Source: Girardia tigrina
Lineage: Eukaryota
NCBI GenBank assembly: GCA_001938485.1
Contig: MQRK01170126.1
Coordinates: 1-52,070, forward strand
DNA length: 52,070 nucleotides
Direction of reading: 5' to 3'
Numbering within the stretch: the stretch's first letter is position 1; every line of letters starts with the position of its first letter. The notes beneath the pieces were generated by a model. That model worked only from the letters and a program-made list of their open reading frames with translations. It was not told the DNA's origin and did no database searches. Shown here in pieces: positions 12,700-22,959 of the stretch. A program made the translations under genes and the position numbers.

Positions 12700-13580
12700 T
12701 TTCTATCTGAAATCCATAAAGAAAATGGTAATGGTAAATATCCTACAAATATTATATAAAATAAATTTTTACTAAAAATTCTGAACTCATATTGCATATG
12801 GGTCTTATCGTAGGAAAGGTGACACTGATTCATACACATCACCAGACAGTTTTTGGGAGTCTAGATATAAAAGAAATATGATCAAAAGTTTGCTATTTGG
12901 TTGTAGGTCTCTTCTTTAAACTTTTATGAAATCTAATAAAGTACTGAAACATTGGATCAATTATTAACTACTATTAGTTTTTTATTAAGAAAGAAACTCG
13001 TGAAACTATAGACAAAATAATTAAAAGAAAACAAATTAAGAATGTTCATTCTAATAAGGCAACTAATTTACCTAAGGATTAAAAAGAGCAGAATAAAGTG
13101 GAGGAGGTTCTTAAGATTAAAAATTCTTTCATACAACTTTTTAAATTGAGTTTACCTTATTTAGAAAAAAAATTAAAAATCCAAAGAATTTTTAAAGCAA
13201 CAAACTATAGTTTAAATTTAAAATTATATCTCAGTCATTCAAAGTTGAAATTTCATAAAAAAACATGTTGAAGTTTTATAATAAATCATCTACTTCTTTG
13301 AGTTGGTGTTTGTAAGGTGTTTATATTGTAATCTTGCTGAACAAAAGAAAACTTGTAATTGTAATTTGAGTATAAATGATTTCAGAATTCTGTGCCAAAA
13401 TTATTGGAAAAAGGTGTCGCGTCAAACTTTGTTAATAAAACCTCATTATTCTAAAATCAATGTTCAAACGGCATTCTCAACCAATTTGTTAATACTCCAG
13501 TATTAATTTAACGTAATAGATCACAGAATCATTAATTTATAATATTTATAAGCAGTGATCTGAAGATGACCGTTAAACCT
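12700..13580 (+). mobile_element. Decayed Penelope-like element (RT thumb, GIY-YIG tail, partial hammerhead core)
   Basis: YRRKGDTDSYTSPDSFWESRYKRNMIKSLLFGC (about 12806-12905; cf. YRKxTxTxxYxxxDS..xKYKRxxIxxL), LSLPY, and SINDFRILCQ...TLLIK...KINVQ (13303-13506). CTGAAGATGACC at 13560-13571. Confidence 0.75.
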
Positions 13581-14838
13581 TTAATAATATAAATTTTGCG
13601 GTTAATTAAAATTTGTAAAGAAATAAAATATTTTAATATCGAAATTATATTTTTGTCGAATTCTACGAAATTTGTTATACCAACAGCTTCACTAACAATA
13701 TGTATTCCTGAAAAACGTTCTTCAAACTTCTTCAAATTCTACAATGATCATTTTATTATAATATACCCTGCAATACATATTATCAAAGATTTTCCATTTC
13801 AAAAAAATAAATATAATTCATCCTTAAATTATTATAAATTACTACATATATTATTTTAATGTTATTTGTTTTGTAAAGATTATTTATATAATATAATTTT
13901 TTTCCCAATTAAATGTAATTGAGTAATAAAAAAAGTAATAAAAAATATTTTTATTTAATGAAATCTTGAATTTTAATTTATCAAAATTATTTTTGTACTC
14001 ATGGGAGATGCCCTGTTGCCATCATTGGACCCGGTTTTATTTCAACAGTCATTTGTGAAATATGGTAAACAGGACCAAAAAATATTTAAAGTGCTTTTTA
14101 ATTAATTTTCGGATATTTAAATATTTGTAAATTTTCATCAATTATCTAATTTAACAATCAATTAAATAAATTGAAAATAATATTAATTTTTAGTTTTATT
14201 TTACTATCTTTTTTTCAGGAATATTAGTATAAATTATAATTGTATATTTATATTTATATATATTTATATTTATATATTTATTTAATTAAAATTGAAGTAG
14301 CCCTACTCTGCCGTTCCAAATGTTTATAAATAACCTTTTAGATCTGATCAATAATGATTCACAGAATCGTCCATCGTAGGGAAATAAAATATGTTTAAGT
14401 TTTACTCTTACAAAACAACGAAATATATGTTCGATTAAATTTGTTTATTTAATATTTTTAATTAATTAAGATTAAGTTGATGTTCGTTGATTAAATTATT
14501 TTTTAAATTTAAAAATTAAATTTAGTATTTGTTTTTTTGCCTTTTTCCTTTCAATTTGCGTTTGAGAAAGTAATGTTAATCAATTGATTCTGCGTAGTAC
14601 AGTACAAATTAAATATTTTTTTTTGTCTTAAATTGTTGAGTTTTTTTGTGAATCAGGTTGGATTTTTGTATTTAGGGATTTACACGCATGAGAATTGAAA
14701 ATGAAGAAATTTAGTTTTATCTTTGATATTGAGAGTAGTTGCGCAATTCCACCCGCAGTGATGCCATCTTATTTTGTCCTATCCTGCTCACACCCTTGTC
14801 TTGGGCCAATATATAGAAATACTATAGTACTTTGCTCT

Positions 14839-14892
14839 CGCTCCACTCTGAGTTTCGAACTCATTGGGTTTAGGAACCCCAACTCCATGGCC
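14839..14892 (-). pseudogene. tRNA-like fragment (Arg-CCT-like anticodon arm plus T arm; no D arm or variable loop)
   Basis: Minus strand: TTGGGG-TTCCTAA-ACCCAA directly followed by TGAG-TTCGAAA-CTCA (B-box/T loop) and gtggagcg. The acceptor stem does not pair. Confidence 0.35.
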
Positions 14893-15399
14893 CCATATAT
14901 CGGTAGGTCTCCCATTTGTATATTGATACTCTCATAAAGAATTTCCATTTAAATTTCAGTCCCAAATTCAAGTAAATCTCGAAAATCACTACGATTAACA
15001 ACCGACATGATTTATCAGTCTACGTGCACTTCAAAAAAAAGTATTGAATACGAAAAGAATTTTAATTTTTCATCGATTGATGAGCGAATATTCTTACAAC
15101 AACAAAAGTTTACTAATTTAATTTTTATTTCACCCAAATACCAATTTTCTGCAGTATTAAATTTTACTTTCAACCACATTTTATTTTCTTTCCTTTCAAA
15201 AATTTAAAAAAAAACAAGATAAAAACCATTAACTGTCTTTATTCATTTAATTTATTTCCATTTAATTAAGTTCTGTTTTTTACAATCAAGATGTTTTCTT
15301 CAAATACACTCTATTAACTTTTGATCAATTCAAATACAAAAACCACAATAAAATCAAATCATTTAAAATGACCATAAATACATCAATGTTCTTCTTAAA

Positions 15400-15580
15400 G
15401 CCTTTCGAGCGTGTGAGGTAGTTCTAGAATCTTTTGAGACACCGACAATGGTCAGGAAACATATTTTTACCCCACCAACTATGATATCTCTTTTCTACCA
15501 AGCGAATGTTCTGAGGAAACCTCTTATTCTGTTCCTCACTGACATTGCCACAGTTTTCGGGGAGGTATTCTAAACGAGAG
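15400..15580 (-). pseudogene. Second Chapaev3-type transposase C-terminal fragment
   Basis: LEYLPENCGNVSEEQNKRFPQNIRLVEKRYHSWWGKNMFPDHCRCLKR, cf. LDxFPENLGxVSDEQGERFHQDI..MEKRYQGxW..xMLADYCWxLKR. Confidence 0.8.
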
Positions 15581-15604
15581 CTAAGGATAGCGACGTGCGG
15601 TGTG

Positions 15605-15656
15605 TACAAAGGACAGAAACGTAATCAGCGCAAGCTAGTGACTTGCGCTTACTAGG

Positions 15657-15697
<41 letters not shown>
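15605..15697 (+). mobile_element. Helitron/Helentron-type 3' end (hairpin plus CTAG) followed by (TAA)n
   Basis: agcgcaag-ctagtga-cttgcgct (15627-15649), CTAG at 15652-15655, (TAA)n at 15658-15697. Confidence 0.45.
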
Positions 15698-16540
15698 TAG
15701 AAAATATTTCATTAGAAAATATTTGTACGACATTGAACTTAATTTATTTATTTAATTATTTATTAAATGAATTTTAATTTTTAGACTCCGGTAATCCTAA
15801 ACTCGAAACCTTAATAACGTTTAAAGAAACATTAACAATTTAAATATTTTTAAAGTAATTTTAATTAATTAAAAATGTTTTTGTTATTAAAAAAATATTT
15901 TTTACTCACAAAAAAATCAGTCGTGATGTTTTTAAAAACAATAAACACCTTTTGATAAACGAGTTTCGTTTCAGTAAAAAAAACTCTTTAATAATTAAAT
16001 GATTTTTCTTTTTTTATGGAAATATAAATTAGTCTATTTGTTTTTTTTTATTTTAAAATTTTATGATAAAATGAATTTATTAAAAAAATAGACAAAAGAA
16101 TATCCAGAATCTGCAAGCTCCATTAGATTTTTATCCCCATGTCAATGGAAAATTGTTTCCCCAACACATATATATATATATAAATATTCTATTAATAATT
16201 ATTGAACATTCGCATCAGTTATGGGTGATTATAATTATATATTTTATAATTAGTTAGAGAAAATTAACTTTTTCAATTATGTTAAATTATTCTTTTCAGT
16301 AAAATTAGATACTTTTTTTAATAATTTCAAATCGAATGTTTTTTTCATTTCGTTAAAAAATATTTTTGATGAAAATTTAAACTAAAATAAATGGTTAAAT
16401 TTACGATTTTGAACTAAAGCTTCCGATGTAAGTAATGTATTAAAATGAATTATATTAATTGCATAATAAATCTCTTTTATAATAATTTTTGAATTCAAAT
16501 CATTATTGAATTAAAACGTTAATAGAATGATTATTTAACC

Positions 16541-16894
16541 TGCACAGTAGAAAACCAAAGGATTTTATGAAACCAAAATGAATTTTACCAAACACGTGAT
16601 AAAGGCAAACAAATTATATTTATATAAATAAAACCCAACGATTTTATTTATTTAATTAAGCACGTTATAAAGGCGTGATTGACTGCTTCTGATTGGTTGA
16701 TATTTCTGTTCTATAAATATATGGCATATTAAATATTTCATTTTTTTTATTTATTTATTTTATTATTGATGAAAGACATTTTGAACAACACTGAACAACA
16801 AGCATATTTATGCAAATATAATTTGTTTGCCTTTATCACCTGTTGAATTAAATACACTTTTATTTCATTAAATCATTTGGTTTTCTACTGGGCA
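16541..16894. mobile_element. MITE / fold-back element with about 80-bp imperfect TIRs
   Basis: tgcacagtagaaaaccaaa...gtgataaaggcaaacaaattatattt is inverted to aaatataatttgtttgcctttatcac...tttggttttctactgggca. No ORF. Confidence 0.8.
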
Positions 16895-17299
16895 CCCAGT
16901 ATTATTAAAATAAATCTTGAAAACTACAAGGCTTCTTAACCTTTAGAAATGTTTCAAGGATGTCTTAAGAACAACACAGAGCATGCAAGTTGAAACTCTT
17001 TCAAGAAAATTCAGGAAATTAAAGACTTTATTGATTGTATAGTATGTATTTCGACTAATATTGAAAATGTTGAAAAACAAGGACAAAGAATTTGTTTTAA
17101 ATATTTTCCACAATGTAAAAATAGTACAAACTTTAACAAAAGTAATGTAAGCCACTACCAATTAAAAGATATAATGAATGCGAAATATGTTTTAGTTAAA
17201 TAATAGTCTAGTTTAATTAATGACGCATAGGGAGTGCTTTACCTGCGATATTAAAGAGAAGACATTTTCAAATATTCATAAATAATATCAATAATGTAT

Positions 17300-17560
17300 T
17301 GATTATTCATATTTTTTAGATTATTCCTATTTTTCCTGTTACTTGATATTTTTGGAACTTTATTAATCTTAATAGGATTGTCTACTTCCCATGTTCTAAG
17401 CACTTGTTTGATGTTTCTAAAACTAAGCAAATATTCGACAGGAACACTATCCATGAGACCAAGAAAAATAATAGAGAAACCGAATCTGGTTTACAAATAT
17501 CTTAAGAAAAGTGTCTTACCTGTAATCATATAGATAATTTAAATATCAATAACTAAAGGT
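17300..17560 (+). pseudogene. Possible Penelope GIY-YIG N-terminal remnant
   Basis: RKIIEKPNLVYKY (about 17462-17500) resembles EKSNVVYKY; the YIG part is not recognisable. Confidence 0.3.
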
Positions 17561-18321
17561 ATACAAAAGCTATCATTTGTTATTTTCAAAATCTCTTAAT
17601 GATATTTCTGAACTTATAAAAGGAAATTATTGCTATTTCCAGTATTAGTGTCTTTTCTGACAGTTAAATATCCGTAAAATGAAAGTCATAGAAAATTCCT
17701 TAATGATTACTTTTTTTGTGTTTCATTGAAGCAATTTATTAAAAAAAATGTTATTTTAACTTCTAAATATTGATATCTTATAGACTGTCTATTTGAAAGA
17801 AATGCTTAATGTTAAATTGTTTTTCAACTAATTTATAGTAAAATATATCTGGATTCAATTTAAAATAGTTTTTAAGGTTTTTAAAAACTTAAATCCACAA
17901 TTCAGATGTCCTTCTGGTGAAGTCTCTATCTCAAAAATAATATAATCTTCCAAAAAAAGCTTTTAATTTTTTAAATAAACATTAAACCAAACCATATTTT
18001 TTTCGAAATAAATGGATTTTTGATTAATGATATGCGATTGTGAGGAATATTTTGAATGGTATTTATTGTATGTTGTTTTAGGATTGTGCTTCTGTCACCC
18101 AGATGGAAGATTGGTATTTTAAATATTTTAAAACGTGGAAGTATTTATTTAATTTTTAAATTTAAATAACCATTTTTAAAATTAGATTAATATATCAAAA
18201 ATAATATATTTAAAAAAATTTTTAACATAACTAAAACTATTTTTTTGTAATTTATATTCTAAATTATTTTGATTTCGAATTATAAATAAATTGTGATTTA
18301 AATTTATTTAAATAATAATAC

Positions 18322-18325
<4 letters not shown>

Positions 18326-18359
<34 letters not shown>
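18326..18359. repeat. (TA)n microsatellite (others at 22260-22292, about 24995-25032 and 25389-25406)
   Basis: Directly visible dinucleotide runs. Confidence 0.95.
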
Positions 18360-18361
<2 letters not shown>

Positions 18362-18624
18362 TTTGATTTAACAAATATATAGATCAGATATTCACTTCAG
18401 TATTGTATTTTTGTCATTCGTCTGATCAGGAATAAAATAATGTTGTATTTCTTTTCAAATTTGAAATTATAAAATTATTTTGTATTTGTCAGGCCTACAT
18501 ACAAAAGCCATTCATAAATTTCATTATCCTTAAAACTGCAGATAAAAAACAACTCTTAGGAACTTTAACAATCCTAACTAACTTCTCATCTTTGACCTTC
18601 GGTTATTTTGGGATTTTAATTATA

Positions 18625-20302
18625 TAGGGTTGCCTCATAAGTTTTGTCGCACACATTTATCTATGTTAACTGAAGATATCCTTGCATCGCATAAATAATT
18701 CTTGTATATTTGCAATCCATAATAAAATGCGAATTAGATAAAATAGCATTTGTGATCTACTTATGTCCAATAATTTTTATTTATGAATGTGTGAAAGGTG
18801 GATTTCCAATTTTCATGAAAACAACTTTAACATAGACGATCAAGTCCGCAAAGGGCGGCCCTCTATTGACATACACGAGAAGATAATCGAGTTTCTGACT
18901 GAAGACAAACGTGCAACAACCAGGAACATTGCAGAGGGAATTGATCAGGATAAAACCACGGTCTGCTGGCACTTGAATGCGACTACCTGAATGCGCTTGG
19001 ATTCACCGTACCACCTTATCCACCATACCCCCCCCCGATCTTGCGTCATCACCGACTACTATCTATTCTCTCTAATGAAATGTACACTTAGAGGGAAGAA
19101 TTATGCCAGTGTCAACGAAGATCTTCTACATTGGTTTGACAAGAAACCGTGTTGTGAAGGTCGGGCTCAATTTCAAAATTTTTGAAACAAACTTAAAATG
19201 AAATTAATTCGGAAATAATGAATTTTTAAATAATTGATTTACAAGAAATATATAAAGACAAGGATAATGATGTTGTACTAATTTTAAAAGTTATTCTAAA
19301 AAATAAAATAATATAGAAATAATATAATATAGAATAATATAATATATATAAAATAATATAGAAATAAATATTAAGACTTTTATCATTAATGTACCGTAAT
19401 AATAATAAAAATTTGAACATTGTAAATTATTTTGCTTTATTTAAATCGTATCTAAAATTTGTATGGTATTTAAAATAATTGTAGGTATAAAATGCTTTTA
19501 AACTGAAATATTGATAATAAAAAAACATTAAAATCTTTATTAATGTTTCACAAAAAAAGAAATAACATTAAACTAATTCTAAAATAATAAAATAATAGTA
19601 TTGATACTTGATACTATTATGCTTAATAAAATAAATTATTTTTATTTTTCATTATTCTATAGACATTAATAATTAAGAAAATCTAGAAGATTGCTTGAAA
19701 ATTTATTTTTTAATTTTTTTATTAGTTATATATTAATTCTTAAAAACATAAACTGTTTACAAGTACTTGTCTAGGGAACCATATATGATTACACTTGCAA
19801 TTATTTTAAAAACATCTTTATTTTCATGGAAAAAATATAAAGAAATGATAATATGACTATAAAAATATGTTGTATTTAATTTTTTTAGTGGAATGTAAAT
19901 TTTAGAAGTAAAATTTTTTCAATTTTAAAATAACTTATCACTTTATTTATATTTATAATTTCATATTTTTATATAAAAAATCTGGTCAAAAAGAAAACGA
20001 AAAAGTTCCTCGACAAAAAATCTTTTTATTAAAAAAAATTGTTAACTAAAAATTGTTTGAATAATTGTTAATTGTGTTATTAATAAATTTTTGGTGTTAA
20101 TGAATTATAATCTTGATCAAGAACCCAACACGCGTGATTTTTTTCCAAAATGGGATACGCAGCCTCCTGGGTATCGGCTGAGATATATTGAGCACAATGG
20201 CGACTAATTTTCGCATTTGCATGACGTAGACGATTGATAAAATATTTTATATTTTATTGTATTTTGGTGTTTTTTTGCGACAAAACTTATGAGACAACCC
20301 TA
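18625..20302 (+). mobile_element. mariner, both TIRs present, internally deleted, interrupted by a 981-bp insertion
   Basis: TA|tagggttgcctcataagttttgtcgc ... gcgacaaaacttatgagacaacccta|TA. CERWISNF..DDQVRKGRP..ATTRNIAE (18787-18990), TDYYLFSLMK..LRGK..WFDKKP, then after the insertion RDFF.NGI...IEHNGD. Confidence 0.9.
19150..20130 (+). mobile_element. Non-autonomous AT-rich element with TGTTG...CAACA termini, inserted in the mariner
   Basis: Interrupts mariner codons K-P-R (aaac[cg]TGTTG...CAACA[cg]cgtgat). Related copies at about 21765-22008 (+) and 32480-33070 (-); the latter shares the terminus tgttgggttcttgatc. Confidence 0.8.
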
Positions 20303-21764
20303 TAAAACATATTTTGAATAGAATCTAAATTCACGAAATCAAGAACAATAGTAAGAGAAAGCGTGTTTTAAAGGAAAATCGACTACCCCCTATACTTTGA
20401 AGTAAACATTTTTAAATGTGTAATAAATAATATCAATGTGATATATTGAATATTCATATTATTTAGTTTATTCTTATTTTTCATATTATTTAATCGTAAT
20501 AATATTCCATAAATATTTCAGTGTCATATTTTAAGAAAATATTATTCATACATTTGGTTAAAAATATTACTTATATATTGAAAATTAAGTCACAACAAAC
20601 ATATTATGTTTTATCTTTAAGGTTATATAAATTTTGAAACCTTTTTTTCAATTATAACAAACTTTCAAAAATAAAAACACAAACTTTTATAATTATAGTT
20701 TAATCAGTTTTTTGACACTAATAAAAAAATTATTATGGAGAAATGATAATTTATTTATATATTTTGATGTAAAGGAATAAAAGAATTCCATTTGTAAAGT
20801 GTTTGAAAATATAAATTTAAATTTAATATTTTAATGAAGAAAAATGTTCGAAGTCCTAAGAAAACTTTATTTTTGAGATTTAATCTTTGATTTATTAAAA
20901 TTTAGAGTCAAAAGTGTCAGTGATATTCAATTTTTTGTTTTCCTATAAAAGTATTTTAATTTTCTATTTGTTGGTAGATCATCACAAATTGTAAAATCTT
21001 TTGAAGTACGAGATTAATAATAATAATCCTTCTAAAAAATTATTTAAAAAAAATCGGTGTCTTCTTCGGTAACCTTATTTGAAAATTGTTTTATATTTAT
21101 TTATATATTTATTTATTATTTGGCTACGTTAAAATTTTTATTTAAAATGCAACTTCTATCTCCAATGAGGAATATTCTAAAATTAATAAAACACGGCTTT
21201 TCATAAAAATAGAGAGTAAATAGAGCGTTTTTAATTTATTATTATAATTGTTATTCTTCAAAAAATTAAATTATCAGAAAAAAAGTTTATTTTTAATAAA
21301 TAATGACAAGCTCATATTTTATTCTTATTTAAAACAAGTCAATATTTTTCATAATTATTTTATAATTATGTAAATGAAAATTTATGAAAAATTCCTTAGC
21401 TAAATTAGTAGATAATGTTTTGCTTTCAGTGTTATAGACTTTAAAATATTTAAAAATTACCTACAATTTTCAACGTGTTTTGCATATGTCCATAATTCAA
21501 AGGGTCCTTTGAAATATGAACGCATTTAAAAGGATCGTAAAAGCAAAGGTTTCGGCATAAGTGGTCTAAAAAAGTGATAATTATTGTTTTTAAATGTTTT
21601 TGGGACACATTTTAACTCAGAAAAAGAATTCATTTTATCATGTTTTTACAGAAATATAAGCCATGTTTATTATAACTGAGATACTTGAAATATAAAATGT
21701 ACGTTTAAATTAAGATGAAAATATTAAATATTTAAATAATTGACTAATTAATACTTCATTATTA

Positions 21765-22008
21765 TTGATACTTGATACTATTATGCTTAATAAAACAAAT
21801 GATTTTTATTTTTCATTATTCTATGGACATTAATAATTAAGAAAATCTAGAAGATTGCTTGTAAATTTATTTTTTAATTTTTCTATTAGTTATATATAAA
21901 TAATTCTTAAAAACATAAACTGTTTACAAGTACTTGTCTAGGGAACCATATATGATTACACTTGCAATTATTATTTTCATTTAATAAATATAAAGAAATG
22001 ATAATATG
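21765..22008 (+). repeat. Partial copy of the 19150-20130 element
   Basis: ttgatacttgatactattatgcttaataaaa...gtacttgtctagggaaccatatatgattacacttgcaatt is nearly identical to 19601-19802. Confidence 0.9.
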
Positions 22009-22253
22009 TAAGGATAGAAGTTATAATAATCGATTATTGTATTTAAATTATATTTAATTATTATTATATTTATTATATTATTATATTATGTCAATTTTTG
22101 TAAATAATTTATCAAACAAAATACATAAAGATTTTTTTTAAAAAATAAGGAAAATTAAAAGAAAATTTGTAAAAATAACTTCATTTAATATTTGGACTAA
22201 TATGCAAATATGAAAATCAATGATTAAAAGAGTTGCATAATTTAGAAAAACAT

Positions 22254-22297
<44 letters not shown>

Positions 22298-22806
22298 TTT
22301 GTATTTTTCATTATCTTTAAATATAAGCAATGCATTTTGAAGCACTTTATTTTCCTTTCAACAATTAACTTTGGAGGAATTAGATCCAAATTAATAATAT
22401 CTTTTTCTTGCCATAATGAGCAAAATATACATTAAAAAACAATTCAAAACATTTGCTTAAAAACATCAAACAAATATCAAAATAATCGGCCTAAATCATC
22501 AAGTTGGAGAAAAAACAGTGTTGAAGAGTTTCTTTTAATAAACAAATTACTTTAAATATATATAATTACTTTCTTTGAAAATGTAAACAATAAAATTAAA
22601 ATAAAATTATTTAGGTCATTTTCAAAAATTCTCTAACGAAAAACGGTTTTCATACAAAATTAGAGCAACATAAAACATATTGGTTAAATATTTCTTATTT
22701 TAAAGCAAAAGAAGAAAATAAAACGCTTGTAAATTTAAGTAAAATTTTCCTAAATGTTCTTTTAAAAACAATTTTCAAGTTATGTTACAAGACAAATGAG
22801 GAATGT

Positions 22807-22908
22807 ACCACACTCTTACAGAATACCACTCGTATTGAACCACACTCATACAGAATACCACTCGTATTGAACCACACTCATACAGAATACCACTCGTATT
22901 GAACCACA
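22807..22908. repeat. 32-bp tandem repeat, about 3.2 copies
   Basis: accacactcatacagaataccactcgtattga starting at 22807 (one substitution), 22839 and 22871, partial at 22903. Confidence 0.95.
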
Positions 22909-22959
22909 TTCACATTATTTTAGTTGCTTTTAGATATTTTCTATTGTTTGCTTCTATCA

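Noticed and set aside
12700-12960. Minus-strand gene with 24-33-nt micro-introns
   Set aside because: The plus strand explains the region as the Penelope RT thumb (YRRK..DSF..YKRNMIKSLL); the splice model did not stay in phase.
13990-14090. GDALLPSLDPVLFQQSF (dynein AAA5-like) or VAIIGPG (receptor-like) exon
   Set aside because: Two unrelated short resemblances in different frames, with no supporting neighbouring exons.
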